Virus record (IMG/VR): IMGVR_UViG_3300047121_000347
Location: 37,831-101,830 of that record
Reading direction: 5' to 3' (one strand)
Source of the DNA: a virus
Length of the DNA: 64,000 bases
The notes under the pieces: generated by a model
What the model saw: the letters and a program-made list of their open reading frames with translations, nothing else
Database searches by the model: none
Told to the model about the DNA's origin: nothing
Program-made: the position numbers and the translations under genes
In this document: piece by piece, positions 16,106 to 26,225 of the stretch
Layout of the letters: each line of letters begins with the position of its first letter
Numbering within the stretch: the first letter of the stretch is position 1

Positions 16106-17023
16106 ATGGCAGCCCCAATGCGCAGTACGGACTTTCGGAGCATCGTTGAGCCTATCCTGAACGAGTGCTTCGACGGAGTCTATGATCAGCGTGCCGATGA
16201 GTGGTCGCGAGTCTTCCGCGAGCAGAACGGCATCCCCCGTAATTACCATGAGGAACCCGTCCTGTACGGTTTTGGCTTGGCACCGTTGCTCCCCGACGGC
16301 AGCCCCGTAACCTATCAGCAAGGTGGCGTGTTGTTCCTGAAGCGTTATGTCTACTCGGTGTACGGTCTAGCCTTCGCGTTGACGAAAGTCCTCGTCGAAG
16401 ACGGCGACCACATCCGCATCGGGTCGGTGTACGCTCGTCACCTGGCACAGTCTTTGGTCGAGACCAAAGAAACCCTGTGCGCCAACGTGCTGAACAACGC
16501 CTTCACGGGCGGGCAGTATGCCGGTGGTGACGGTGTAGCGCTTAACAGTGCCTCACACCCCATCGTGAACGGTACGGTGAGCAACCTCCTCACCACAGCG
16601 GCCAACCTCAGCCAGACCTCCCTTGAGCAGATGCTCATTCAGGTGCGTCAGGCGGTTGACAACAACGGCAAAAAGATTCGCCTCGTGCCACGACAGCTCG
16701 TCGTCGCCCCAGGCAACATCTTCCAAGCCGAAGTGTTGCTCAAGAGTGTGCTGCGTGCCGGTCAAGCCAACAACGACATCAACCCAGTCAAATCTATCGG
16801 TTTGCTCGATGAAGGTGCTGCGGTTCTGTCGCGTTTGACCAGCTCGACCGCATGGTGGGTGCAGACCGACACGCCCGAAGGTATGAAGCTCATGATGCGT
16901 CGCGGCCTTGAAAAGACCATGGAAGGTGATTTCGAAACCGACTCCATGCGCTACAAGGCCACCGAGCGTTACGATGTGGGCTTTACCGATTGGCGCGCAA
17001 TGTACGGCACGCCCGGAGTCTAA
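16106..17023 (+). CDS. Major capsid protein (HK97 fold, Mu gpT-like)
   Basis: ANVLNNAF, GGDGVAL..HP, P.QLVV.P, RY..GFTDWR..YG.PG; strong GGAGG RBS; followed by a terminator. Confidence 0.9.
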   Translation: MAAPMRSTDFRSIVEPILNECFDGVYDQRADEWSRVFREQNGIPRNYHEEPVLYGFGLAPLLPDGSPVTYQQGGVLFLKRYVYSVYGLAFALTKVLVEDGDHIRIGSVYARHLAQSLVETKETLCANVLNNAFTGGQYAGGDGVALNSASHPIVNGTVSNLLTTAANLSQTSLEQMLIQVRQAVDNNGKKIRLVPRQLVVAPGNIFQAEVLLKSVLRAGQANNDINPVKSIGLLDEGAAVLSRLTSSTAWWVQTDTPEGMKLMMRRGLEKTMEGDFETDSMRYKATERYDVGFTDWRAMYGTPGV

Positions 17024-17031
17024 GGAAACCA

Positions 17032-17053
17032 GGGGGCTGCGGCCCCCGCTTTA
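17032..17053 (+). terminator. Rho-independent terminator after the MCP
   Basis: GGGGGC-TGCG-GCCCCC followed by GCTTTAT. Confidence 0.6.
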
Positions 17054-17066
17054 TAGGAGTTAAAGT

Positions 17067-17750
17067 ATGACTACGACTCGGTTTCCTAATGGGGTCACCA
17101 ACGTGGGTGAGCAGTCGCTGTTTGCTGAGCTAGGCCAGCCCGCAGCCACGCTGTATCACACCTACTTTGAGGACTTCGACTACTACACGGCGGCCGACTG
17201 GACGGTGACCGAAACCGACGCAGGGGCAACCCAGGCGTTGGCTGATGGTGATGGGGGTTTGTTGCTCATCACTAACACCGCTGCTGACAATGACCTTGTG
17301 TCGTTGCAGAAGAAAGGTGAGTCGTTCCGGTTCGCTAGCGGTAAACCACTGTTCTTTGAGGCTCGCTTCAAAGTCAGCGACGCCACGCAGTCGGACGTTG
17401 TCATTGGTCTGCAGATCACCGACACGACCCCGCTTGATGTGTCTGACGGCGTCTTCTTCATCAAAGCTGATGGTGCTGCGACGGTCAATTTCCTTGTTGA
17501 GAAAAACAACACGGCAACCACCGCGAGCGCTGTGGCCACGATGGCAGATGACACCTACATCCGTCTTGGGTTTTACTATGACGGGATTTCGGCGGTGCAG
17601 TACTTTGTGAATGGCTCAATCGCTGGCAGTTCGGTAACTACCAACCTGCCCGACGATGAGGACATGACCATCACCATCGCAATCCAGAACGGTGAAGCCG
17701 TCGCCAAGACCATGACCGTGGACTATGTCTATGTAGCCAAGGAGCGCTAA
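17067..17750 (+). CDS. Putative capsid decoration protein (beta-sandwich)
   Basis: MTTTRFPNGVTN arm, beta-rich body; follows the MCP. Confidence 0.55.
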   Translation: MTTTRFPNGVTNVGEQSLFAELGQPAATLYHTYFEDFDYYTAADWTVTETDAGATQALADGDGGLLLITNTAADNDLVSLQKKGESFRFASGKPLFFEARFKVSDATQSDVVIGLQITDTTPLDVSDGVFFIKADGAATVNFLVEKNNTATTASAVATMADDTYIRLGFYYDGISAVQYFVNGSIAGSSVTTNLPDDEDMTITIAIQNGEAVAKTMTVDYVYVAKER

Positions 17751-17752
17751 TC

Positions 17753-18577
17753 ATGGGCCAATTTAAACCGATGGTTAAAATGATGACCACCGAGCCTTCA
17801 GTGATTCTGAAACTGAAGAAAGGCGGTTCGGTCAAAGCGCCCAAAAAGATGATGGACGGTGGGGTGATGCGTGGTCTTGCGGCCGCGCCTGCACCCGGTG
17901 CCCGAGGCGGGATGCCTCCGGCGGTTGCTCCGGCACGTCCCTCGATGGCTATGCGTCGCAAAGCGATGATGGCTCGCCCGATGATGAAAGAGGGCGGCGA
18001 AAGCAAAGCTGAGCACGCCGCTGAGATGAAGAAGATGATGGGCACCGAGGCTAAGCTCAAAAAGCACGCCTCTATGCCTGCTTCTAAAGCTCACAAAGGT
18101 CTTGCAACCGGCGGTGTGGCAATGGGTCAGGCAGGGTTCAAAAAGGGTGGAGTAATTGGCGTAGCGGCCTCTGAAAAGGGAGCTAAGGGTTATGTCAAGA
18201 CCAAGATGGACACTGCTTCAGGCGAGCATCACACTCCGAAGAAGACTGGCGACGTGGCAATGGGCAAACCCGGCGGTTACAAGCACGGCGGGAGCCCCAA
18301 GTACGCTAAAGGTGGCGGAGTCGAAGGTAATGTTTCGACGTCCAAACCCGGCCCAACCAACACCACCACTGGCGAAGTGAAGAAAGGCAACGCCGGGGGC
18401 TTTAAGAAAGGCGGTGCGTTGGGAAAGCGTTATGCTACGGGGGGTCTAGTCGATAGCGGACGTCCCGTAGCGATGCCTCGGCACCCGGTGTCGAAACCCG
18501 TGGCTAATGACCTGCAGTCCGGAACCTTCAAAAAGGGTGGCGGAGTACAGAAAAAGGCCTACGGCGGCGCGTGCTAA
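17753..18577 (+). CDS. Highly basic K/G/M-rich protein with about 10 hydrophobic-x-x-GG repeats; candidate internal/core protein
   Basis: LKKGG, MMDGG, MKEGG, LATGG, FKKGG (x3), YKHGG, YAKGG, YATGG, KAYGG. Confidence 0.75.
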   Translation: MGQFKPMVKMMTTEPSVILKLKKGGSVKAPKKMMDGGVMRGLAAAPAPGARGGMPPAVAPARPSMAMRRKAMMARPMMKEGGESKAEHAAEMKKMMGTEAKLKKHASMPASKAHKGLATGGVAMGQAGFKKGGVIGVAASEKGAKGYVKTKMDTASGEHHTPKKTGDVAMGKPGGYKHGGSPKYAKGGGVEGNVSTSKPGPTNTTTGEVKKGNAGGFKKGGALGKRYATGGLVDSGRPVAMPRHPVSKPVANDLQSGTFKKGGGVQKKAYGGAC

Positions 18578-18580
18578 ATA

Positions 18581-18607
18581 GCGGGGGCTTCGGCCCTCGC
18601 TTATTTT
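18581..18607 (+). terminator. Rho-independent terminator
   Basis: GCGGGGGC-TTCG-GCCCTCGC then TTATTTT. Confidence 0.75.
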
Positions 18608-18615
18608 AAGGACTT

Positions 18616-18921
18616 GTGATGAGAGTTCAATCGGTTTCAAAGACTGGTGTCGGTTCAAGTAGCGCCGTGATCATGAATACTAATATCAGTCCGTTTAATG
18701 TGGGCTTTGGTGTGACGGTGTCAGGTACGGTTGATTACACCGTCCAGCACTCATTTGACGACCCCAGCGGTACGATTTCTACTTGGTTCAGTCATCCCAC
18801 AGTAGCGGGTGAAGTTGCGGCGGCTGATGGTAATTACGCATTTCCGGTGACGGCTATCAAACTGCTTGTTAATTCAGGCTCCGGTACGGCAACGCTTAAA
18901 ATCGTTCAAGCGGGTATTTAA
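18616..18921 (+). CDS. Small beta-rich virion protein
   Basis: 101 aa, all-beta pattern ending in QAGI. Confidence 0.65.
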   Translation: MMRVQSVSKTGVGSSSAVIMNTNISPFNVGFGVTVSGTVDYTVQHSFDDPSGTISTWFSHPTVAGEVAAADGNYAFPVTAIKLLVNSGSGTATLKIVQAGI

Positions 18922-19160
18922 TGGCTCCTGTCGGCTACTCCAGCGTTGCCGATCAAGCCAACACCTCAGACGGCTTTGCGTTAGGTGTCGGTGCCCAGAA
19001 TGTCATCGGAGGCACCGACTACGGCCTTGATGTTGGCGATGATGGTGTGGTTGACACTTATGGCACCATTCCGCCAACCACGTTTTATATTCTGGATGAA
19101 GCAACGCCAGGATATGTGCTGCAAGAAGACGACAGCAAAATTGTTTTGGAGCAATCATAA
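18921..19160 (+). CDS. Small acidic virion protein, putative fibre adaptor
   Basis: YILDE...VLQEDDSKIVLE C-terminus; TAATG coupling. Confidence 0.6.
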   Translation: MAPVGYSSVADQANTSDGFALGVGAQNVIGGTDYGLDVGDDGVVDTYGTIPPTTFYILDEATPGYVLQEDDSKIVLEQS

Positions 19161-19744
19161 TGGCCGACCAGAAAATTAGCGCAATGCCAGCAGCCGCAAC
19201 GCTGACGGGCGCAGAGCTTGTGCCGTTAGTGCAAAGTGGCGCGAATGTGCAAGCAACCATCGGTGATTTGCGGGCGTTTGGTGCGGCTTATGGCGGCTTT
19301 AGCAGCACCCAAGATCAGACGGGAAGCACCACTGCTGGCACGGCCATGACTTGCAACACTACGGATATTGCCGATGGCATTACCCTGGTTAGCAATAGCC
19401 GTTTTACGGTACCCAGTGACGGCATTTATAACTTTCAGTTCAGCGCCCAGTTCAAGAACGTCGCTAACGAGCAGCATATCGTTACGATTTGGATCAAGGT
19501 CAACGGTTCGGATCTTGCCAACTCATCGACGCAAGTTACGGTGCCAGCGCGTAAGAATGCAGGCATTTTTGGTTTTGCGGTAGCTGCTTGGAACTTCTAT
19601 TTAGATTTGAACGCTACCAACTATGTGCAATTGTTTTGGCTGCCTGAATCAACGGATGTAACGCTTGAGGCGCTGCCATCAAGTGTGACGCCTGCGTACC
19701 CGGCCATCCCTTCGTTGATTGTTACTATGGGGCAGATAGCTTAA
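19160..19744 (+). CDS. Short fibre/spike with a C1q/TNF-like (BclA-like) head
   Basis: MADQKISAMP..LTGAELVP.VQ N-module; FTVP..GIYNFQFS, W.KVNG. Confidence 0.65.
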   Translation: MADQKISAMPAAATLTGAELVPLVQSGANVQATIGDLRAFGAAYGGFSSTQDQTGSTTAGTAMTCNTTDIADGITLVSNSRFTVPSDGIYNFQFSAQFKNVANEQHIVTIWIKVNGSDLANSSTQVTVPARKNAGIFGFAVAAWNFYLDLNATNYVQLFWLPESTDVTLEALPSSVTPAYPAIPSLIVTMGQIA

Positions 19745-20149
19745 ATGCCTGCCAAGACTAAAGCACAGTTCCGGCTGATGAAAGCGGCTGAGAATAATCC
19801 AAAGTTTGCCAAGAAAGTAGGCATTCGACCTGATGTGGCTGCAGAGTTTACGCAGTCCAACGTGAAAGGGAAATCGTATGCAAAACTTCCTGAACGGCTT
19901 AAGAACGGTGGTCCGAGCCTTGCGATCGGTCGCGGTGAAAAGTTACCGGCGTCTCAGGGTGCGGGTCTCACGGCGAAAGGCCGCGCCAAGTACAACCGAG
20001 CCACCGGCTCAAACTTGAAGGCTCCTCAGCCCGAGGGCGGCCCACGGCGCGACTCGTTTTGTGCCCGAATGGGTCCCGTAGCACGTAAGTCTGAGCGCGG
20101 TTCGCGTGCTCGGGCCTCAATGAAGCGCTGGAACTGCCCAGGGTGGTAA
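19745..20149 (+). CDS. Basic two-module virion protein (DUF6321-like C-terminus)
   Basis: MPAKTKAQ.RLM module, LKNGG, then GLTAKGRAKYN...RRDSFCARM module. Confidence 0.65.
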   Translation: MPAKTKAQFRLMKAAENNPKFAKKVGIRPDVAAEFTQSNVKGKSYAKLPERLKNGGPSLAIGRGEKLPASQGAGLTAKGRAKYNRATGSNLKAPQPEGGPRRDSFCARMGPVARKSERGSRARASMKRWNCPGW

Positions 20150-20153
20150 AGAT

Positions 20154-21224
20154 ATGGCGTACTCAGACACTTACGGTCAGGTTTACAACGTTCAAACGCT
20201 AATTGATCACGCCGCTCGCCGGTGTGGTAAGTTGGCCGAAGAGCTCACCAGCGAGCAGCTGCTCACCGCGAGGGAGTCGCTCGGCTTCGTGCTGACTAAC
20301 CTCATCAATATCGGTATTCAGTATTGGGCTATAAAGAAAGAGGTCATCGGCCTGACGCCCGATAAGTATATTTACACGTTGCCCGTTGGGGCTAATGACG
20401 TGCTCAACGCGCTGTATCGAACCATGAACCGCCCCACGGGTAGCTATAGCACCTCGGCGGGCGGAACGGTCAGCAATGTAGCCGACAATGATGTTGATAC
20501 GTATTGTCAGCAGAGCTCCGCAAACGGCAACATTACGGTCGATTTCGGCACCGACAACCCCGTTTATGCGGGGTCTATTGGTGTGCTACCTTATGTTTCT
20601 GGGGGCGGAAGCGCCACTTGGACCTTCACCCTCAAGTATTCAACCGATGGGTCGACTTGGAACACGCTTGAGAATGTCGGCACAACGGTTGTGACTGACA
20701 ATCAGTGGTTGTGGTATGACATCGACCCCGGTCAAACGGTTCGTTACTACCGAATTGAGGCTTCGGGCGGCACTACATTGGCGCTGCGCGAGTGGTATGT
20801 GGGTAATAACAGTCGCGAGATTACGATGTCACGTCTGAATCGTGATGATTACACCAACCTGCCTAACAAAAACTTTACGGCCAACCAGCCTTATCAGTTT
20901 TGGTTCAATCGCACCATCCCGCAACCTGAAATTTACCTCTGGCCGACGCCCTCAGACCCATTTGTGCAGATGACCGTGTGGTATTCGAAGCAAATCATGG
21001 ACGTGGGTGAGTTGACCGATGAGTTGCAGATCCCTCAAAGGTGGTACCTCGCCACGCTCGCTATGTTGAGCCACCAGTTGTCGCTCGAACTGCCCGCAGT
21101 CCCTCTCGACCGCGTTCAGTACCTCGAAACGCAGGCCGAAAAATACCTGAACCTGGCCGAGCAGGAAGAGCGCGACCGTTCTCCCATTTACTTCGCGCCG
21201 AACATTAGCGTTTACACGGCCTGA
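20154..21224 (+). CDS. Head-tail adaptor-like protein with an inserted discoidin-like domain
   Basis: Helical N- and C-termini, LNRDDY..LPNK, LWPTP; DFG...YSTDG.TW insertion. Confidence 0.55.
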   Translation: MAYSDTYGQVYNVQTLIDHAARRCGKLAEELTSEQLLTARESLGFVLTNLINIGIQYWAIKKEVIGLTPDKYIYTLPVGANDVLNALYRTMNRPTGSYSTSAGGTVSNVADNDVDTYCQQSSANGNITVDFGTDNPVYAGSIGVLPYVSGGGSATWTFTLKYSTDGSTWNTLENVGTTVVTDNQWLWYDIDPGQTVRYYRIEASGGTTLALREWYVGNNSREITMSRLNRDDYTNLPNKNFTANQPYQFWFNRTIPQPEIYLWPTPSDPFVQMTVWYSKQIMDVGELTDELQIPQRWYLATLAMLSHQLSLELPAVPLDRVQYLETQAEKYLNLAEQEERDRSPIYFAPNISVYTA

Positions 21225-21225
21225 C

Positions 21226-21567
21226 ATGCCTATTTTTCTTGATACCACGGGTTATTCATCGCTGGCGATTGCGATCTGCGACCGCTGCCGGATGAAACGC
21301 CCGTATTCGGTATTGATGAATGACCCGAACTTTGCGGGTCTGAGGGTTTGCAATGAAGGTTGCGCGGACCAGAAAGACCCGTATCGCCTGCCGGCGCGGC
21401 AGACCGAGCGCATCAACCTGCGTTTTCCCCGGCCTGACGTTTCCGTAGCGGCGATTCAAGACAACATCGTAACCAATAACCAGCAGAGCGTTATACTTTC
21501 AACCGAAGGCAATACCCAGACGCCGGAGAACAATGGGAATCTTGACGGAATAGCGATTTCACCATAA
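21226..21567 (+). CDS. Small Cys-rich virion protein
   Basis: AICDRC...VC..GC.D...PRPD motif. Confidence 0.65.
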   Translation: MPIFLDTTGYSSLAIAICDRCRMKRPYSVLMNDPNFAGLRVCNEGCADQKDPYRLPARQTERINLRFPRPDVSVAAIQDNIVTNNQQSVILSTEGNTQTPENNGNLDGIAISP

Positions 21568-23990
21568 TGGCTAATCAGACTATCACGCAGTTGCCCACCG
21601 CGAATGCGCTCACCGGAACTGAGCTAGTACCGATTGTTCAAAACGGCGGTACAGTTAAGACTACCGTAGCGGACATCGCTAACGCGCCGACGTTGACGTT
21701 CAGCTTTTTGACTGCGACCTCAGAGGCCGGGCTGCCTGATTCACGGTTGCTTTCAGCACCGGGTGGTGGTCTCACGCTGACTGACAACGGCGCGGGTTCT
21801 ACGTTAGCTTTAGCCCTGTCGGGTGCGCCGGCGAGTTTGGTGTCTTCGGGCAACGGTATTCAGGTCAAAACCAGCTCCACAACGCTCGCGGCTCGCTCAC
21901 TAGCTTATAGCGGAAACGGTCTGAGCATTGCCGATCCGGACGGTGTGGCGGCTAACCCAACCATTTCGCTGTCTGGGTTCATTGGGCAGATCTCAAATAT
22001 AACCTCCGGTACCGGACTTTTAGCTCGTACGGTGGGTCCGGGGGCGGGTCTGGTGTCAATCCTAGGCACTGCCGATCAGATCAATGTAGCTAACGGTAGC
22101 GGTGGTTCAGGCGACCCGACCATTAGTCTAGCGTCCAACGCGGTGCTGCCCGGCACAGCTGCCATGACCCCGCCGATTGGGACAACCGCCCAACGGCCGG
22201 GATTACCGACTGACGGCCAGTTTCGCTTCAACGCAGATCTTGCTCAGTTTGAGGGCTATACCTCGGGGTCTTGGCAGCAGTTCTCTTTAGCAGGTGGTGT
22301 ACTGTCATTCAGCGCCGGGACTACCGGTTTAACACCAGGAGTCGCAACTTCAGGAAACGTTACGCTTGCTGGAACCCTGAATGTTGCCAGCGGCGGAACC
22401 GGAGCTAATACACTCACGGGTTATGTGAAGGGCACTGGCACCACTGCAATGACCGCCAGTGCGACGATTCCCAATACGGACATCACCGGCTTGGGGACGA
22501 TGTCCACGCAGAACTCGGGTGCGGTTACGATCACTGGCGGTACGATTGCGGCTGCTATTTCGGGCGCGACGGTGAACAATACAATCATCGGTGGATCGAC
22601 CCCTGCTGCTGGTACGTTCACCTCGATCACGACCACGACGGGCACGATCAGTACAACGCCTACGAACGCGACCGACATCGTCAATAAGTCTTATGTCGAT
22701 ACGATCGCAGCCTCGGGCATCACCTACCACACGCCGGTTAAGTATGAAGCGCCAACCGCACTGACTGCGACCTACAACAACGGCACAGCAGGCGTCGGAG
22801 CTACGCTGACGAATGCGGGAACCTTGGCTGCTTTCGCGCCTGACGGACCCACAGCATCCCCAGGCGATCGCATCCTGGTTTATAACCAAGCAGCACCGGC
22901 TCAAAACGGCGTTTACACGGTCACGACGGTTGGCGATGGGTCTACTGCCTGGGTGCTTACTCGTGCGACGGATTGCGACTCTTACGGCCTCAAGGACCCC
23001 AATGCACTAGGCGAAGGCGATGCGTTCTTCGTCACCTCGGGCCTTACCGGCGCTGGCGAGACTTACGTCTGCAATACCTCGGGCACGATTACCTTCGGGA
23101 CGACGGCGATCACGTTCGTTCAGGTATCGTCCGCGCAGATCTACAGCGCAGGTACGGGTCTGACGCTCACGGGTACGCAATTCTCGATCACCAATACCGG
23201 GGTTACTGCGAACTCTTACGGCGGCGCGGCCACGGTCCCCACCTTCACGGTTAACGCTCAGGGACAGCTAACCCTTGCGACTGACGTTTCGATTGCAATC
23301 ACTTCCGGGCAGGTTTCTGGCCTTGCTGCATCGGCTACAACGGACACGACTAACGCCTCGAACATCTCCTCAGGCACGCTCAATACGGCTCGTCTGACGG
23401 GCTCCTATACCGGTATAACAGGCGTCGGAACGCTGACGGCAGGAACCTGGAACGCCACGACGATCGGCATCGGTTACGGTGGTACCGGGGTTACTGGAAC
23501 ACCTACGAATGGCCAGTTACTGATCGGTAACGGCTCGGGCTACACGCTCAATACGCTAACCGCCGGAACTAACGTCAGCATCAGCAATACGGCAGGCGGC
23601 ATTACGATTTCTGCCACCCCGTCTTTTGGCGGTACGGTTACTTCGGTCTCTGCCGATGGCGGCACGACGGGTCTTACGTTCTCTGGAAGCCCGATCACTA
23701 CGAGCGGAACCCTAACACTAGGTGGTACGCTTGTGGTCTCCAATGGCGGCACCGGAGCCACGACCTTAACGGGTTACGTTAAAGGTAACGGCACTTCAGC
23801 CTTCACAGCCTCGGCCAGTATTCCCAACACGGACATCTCGGGTTTGGGTACCATGTCGACGCAAAGCGCAAGCAGTGTGGCGATTACGGGCGGGACGATT
23901 GACGGCACCACGATCGGCGCAACAACGGCTGCTGCCGGAACCTTTACAACGGTAACAGCAACCACAGGCATCTACGGAGGTGCATTCTAA
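21567..23990 (+). CDS. Tail fibre protein (G/T-rich, internal duplication)
   Basis: [19 protein letters not shown]...QNGVY; repeated [18 protein letters not shown] module. Confidence 0.8.
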   Translation: MANQTITQLPTANALTGTELVPIVQNGGTVKTTVADIANAPTLTFSFLTATSEAGLPDSRLLSAPGGGLTLTDNGAGSTLALALSGAPASLVSSGNGIQVKTSSTTLAARSLAYSGNGLSIADPDGVAANPTISLSGFIGQISNITSGTGLLARTVGPGAGLVSILGTADQINVANGSGGSGDPTISLASNAVLPGTAAMTPPIGTTAQRPGLPTDGQFRFNADLAQFEGYTSGSWQQFSLAGGVLSFSAGTTGLTPGVATSGNVTLAGTLNVASGGTGANTLTGYVKGTGTTAMTASATIPNTDITGLGTMSTQNSGAVTITGGTIAAAISGATVNNTIIGGSTPAAGTFTSITTTTGTISTTPTNATDIVNKSYVDTIAASGITYHTPVKYEAPTALTATYNNGTAGVGATLTNAGTLAAFAPDGPTASPGDRILVYNQAAPAQNGVYTVTTVGDGSTAWVLTRATDCDSYGLKDPNALGEGDAFFVTSGLTGAGETYVCNTSGTITFGTTAITFVQVSSAQIYSAGTGLTLTGTQFSITNTGVTANSYGGAATVPTFTVNAQGQLTLATDVSIAITSGQVSGLAASATTDTTNASNISSGTLNTARLTGSYTGITGVGTLTAGTWNATTIGIGYGGTGVTGTPTNGQLLIGNGSGYTLNTLTAGTNVSISNTAGGITISATPSFGGTVTSVSADGGTTGLTFSGSPITTSGTLTLGGTLVVSNGGTGATTLTGYVKGNGTSAFTASASIPNTDISGLGTMSTQSASSVAITGGTIDGTTIGATTAAAGTFTTVTATTGIYGGAF

Positions 23991-25814
23991 ATGGCACAGT
24001 CAGGCTACACACCCATCCTCATTTACGCGAGTGGTACGGCTTCCGCGTTGCCTTCGGCGGCGAACCTTACCTCCTCCGCTAATGGCGCCGAGCTTGCACT
24101 GAACTACGCAGACGGCAAGCTCTATTACAAGAACTCCTCCGGCGTAGTTACGCTCCTTGCAAGTGCAGCCGCAGCAAGCGGCACTTCTCCCGGTGGCTCC
24201 ACCACGCAAGTCCAGTACAACAATGCTGGTGCGTTTGGTGGGTCTGCGAACTTCGTTTGGGATAACAGCAACGTAAGACTTGGTATTGGGACGAGTTCTC
24301 CGGCAACAAAGTTAGACGTGCGGGGTACACCCGGAGCGGACTACGGGATAGCAAACATTTTTGATACGACGTCTGCCGCTTCGGGTGTCGGCGGCGTTCT
24401 GGCTTTAAGCGGTTATAAAACAACTACGTCTGGCGCTGCAATTTTTGCAAAAATAAAAGGCATAAAAGAAAACGCAACGGCCGGAAACGAGGCGGGCGCA
24501 TTAACGTTTGAAACAAATAGTGGTAGTGCTTACACCGAGCGGATGCGTATCACCTCCGCAGGCAACGTGGGGATTGGGACTACATCACCATCAACTAAAC
24601 TGGATATTGTCGGCCCTGGCACCGGCTCTGCTCTTGCTGATGGAGTGAGGGTTTCATCTTCAATCGGTTTTGGTGCTAGTTATGGTGATGGACTATCTTT
24701 TTATAACAGCAACCCTTCTTATTTGGCACAGCTTGCAGGCATCTACCCTTATACAAGCGGTTTTTCCCAGAAAGCCGGTAATCTGATATTCGCTACCAAT
24801 AACAGTACGACATATGCCGAGCGGATGCGTATCGACTACTCCGGCGCAGTATGTATCAACACATCATCATCCACATTGAATGGGCTAACCAGTCAGTTAG
24901 CCATAAGTATTAACAATTCAACCAGTAGTCCAAACGCAGCGTTGAACATTCGCCGTTCTTACGATGAACATCCGGGCCGAACATCAAACTACTACGGCGT
25001 TTACTCCAATGTTGTAGGCTCCACACAAGCTAGTACCTTCACTACCGCCGGTGTGTATGGGGAGGCAAGCATTGATAATGGAAACGGCGTAATTGGTAAA
25101 AGTGGTACTGTTACCAGTAACGCATATGGCGTGACGGGTTGGGCCAGTGTAGATAGCAACGGGTACGGAAACGCATTTGCTTTGCGTGCTTATCTGTCTC
25201 AAACAGGTCCGAATCCGGGCAATGGTAATTTGTATGGTCTTTTCATTGATTTGCCGAATTACGAAGGCAACGGTTCTGTTAGAACGATTGGTGTGTACTA
25301 TAAGTCTGATTACACTGGAAGTCAGACAACGTATGCGATGTATTTCGTAAGAAACTCGAATAACATTGGCAGCATAAGCACCAGCACCACTGCAACTGCC
25401 TACAATACTTCGTCCGACTATCGACTGAAAGAAAATGTGCAACCAATGACGAACGCATTGGCGACCGTTGCACAGCTCAATCCTGTCACCTACACCTGGA
25501 AATCGACTGGTGAAGCAGGTCAAGGCTTCATCGCGCATGAGCTTCAGGCTGTCGTTCCTCATGCGGTAACAGGTGAGAAGGACGCAATAAAAACTGAGCG
25601 TGTTGAAGTCAGTCCGGCAGTGTCTGCAACGTACGATGAAGAAGGCAACGAACTCACGCCAGCGGTTGAGGCAGTCTTTGAAGATCGTGAGGTTCCAGAT
25701 TATCAGGGGGTTGATACATCGTTCTTGGTTGCAGCGCTCACAGCAGCTATTCAAGAACTCAAAGCAATCGTTGACGCGCAAGCGGCGCGTATTGCCGCCC
25801 TCGAGGGTAACTGA
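23991..25814 (+). CDS. Tail fibre/receptor-binding protein with a C-terminal peptidase S74 intramolecular chaperone
   Basis: ERMRI..GNVGIGT repeats; SSDYRLKEN..L.PV.Y.W..GFIAHE; C-terminal coiled coil. Confidence 0.85.
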   Translation: MAQSGYTPILIYASGTASALPSAANLTSSANGAELALNYADGKLYYKNSSGVVTLLASAAAASGTSPGGSTTQVQYNNAGAFGGSANFVWDNSNVRLGIGTSSPATKLDVRGTPGADYGIANIFDTTSAASGVGGVLALSGYKTTTSGAAIFAKIKGIKENATAGNEAGALTFETNSGSAYTERMRITSAGNVGIGTTSPSTKLDIVGPGTGSALADGVRVSSSIGFGASYGDGLSFYNSNPSYLAQLAGIYPYTSGFSQKAGNLIFATNNSTTYAERMRIDYSGAVCINTSSSTLNGLTSQLAISINNSTSSPNAALNIRRSYDEHPGRTSNYYGVYSNVVGSTQASTFTTAGVYGEASIDNGNGVIGKSGTVTSNAYGVTGWASVDSNGYGNAFALRAYLSQTGPNPGNGNLYGLFIDLPNYEGNGSVRTIGVYYKSDYTGSQTTYAMYFVRNSNNIGSISTSTTATAYNTSSDYRLKENVQPMTNALATVAQLNPVTYTWKSTGEAGQGFIAHELQAVVPHAVTGEKDAIKTERVEVSPAVSATYDEEGNELTPAVEAVFEDREVPDYQGVDTSFLVAALTAAIQELKAIVDAQAARIAALEGN

Positions 25815-25862
25815 GCCATAATTAAATTGTTGTACCTTGATCAACCAACCTAAGAGGTTTGC

Positions 25863-26027
25863 ATGAAACTTCATATTCCAATCGAACTCGCGAATCAAAT
25901 CATTGGCTACCTGGGCACCCGCCCGTACCAGGAGGTCTACCAACTGATTGAGGGCATGAAGGAGGCTGCAAAGCCACCGATGACCCCCTTGCAGGAAGTG
26001 CCAACCGAGGAACAAGAGGCTGCTTAA
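25863..26027 (+). CDS. 54-aa protein not in the ORF track (MKLHIPIELANQIIGYLGTRPYQEV...)
   Basis: GAGG RBS; abuts the next ATG. Confidence 0.7.
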   Translation: MKLHIPIELANQIIGYLGTRPYQEVYQLIEGMKEAAKPPMTPLQEVPTEEQEAA

Positions 26028-26225
26028 ATGAGCGACGACCTGGACAAGCGCTTGTCGGTGCATGAAGCGATTTGCGCCCAACGCTACGAGAACATCGAGA
26101 AACGCCTCGGTGACGGTAGCCGACGCATGCGCCATATCGAGTGGCTGCTTTACATCACGATCGCTGCTGTCTTGCTTGGTCCAGGTGTCGCGGCCATGTT
26201 CGTTAAGAAGCTGCTGGGTATCTGA
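26028..26225 (+). CDS. Small membrane protein (holin/hemolysin XhlA-like)
   Basis: HE..C..RY coiled coil plus one TM segment. Confidence 0.55.
   Translation: MSDDLDKRLSVHEAICAQRYENIEKRLGDGSRRMRHIEWLLYITIAAVLLGPGVAAMFVKKLLGI

Noticed and set aside
21567-25814. Diversity-generating retroelement or invertase-driven fibre switching
   Set aside because: No reverse transcriptase or site-specific recombinase, and no adenine-specific TR/VR pair seen.
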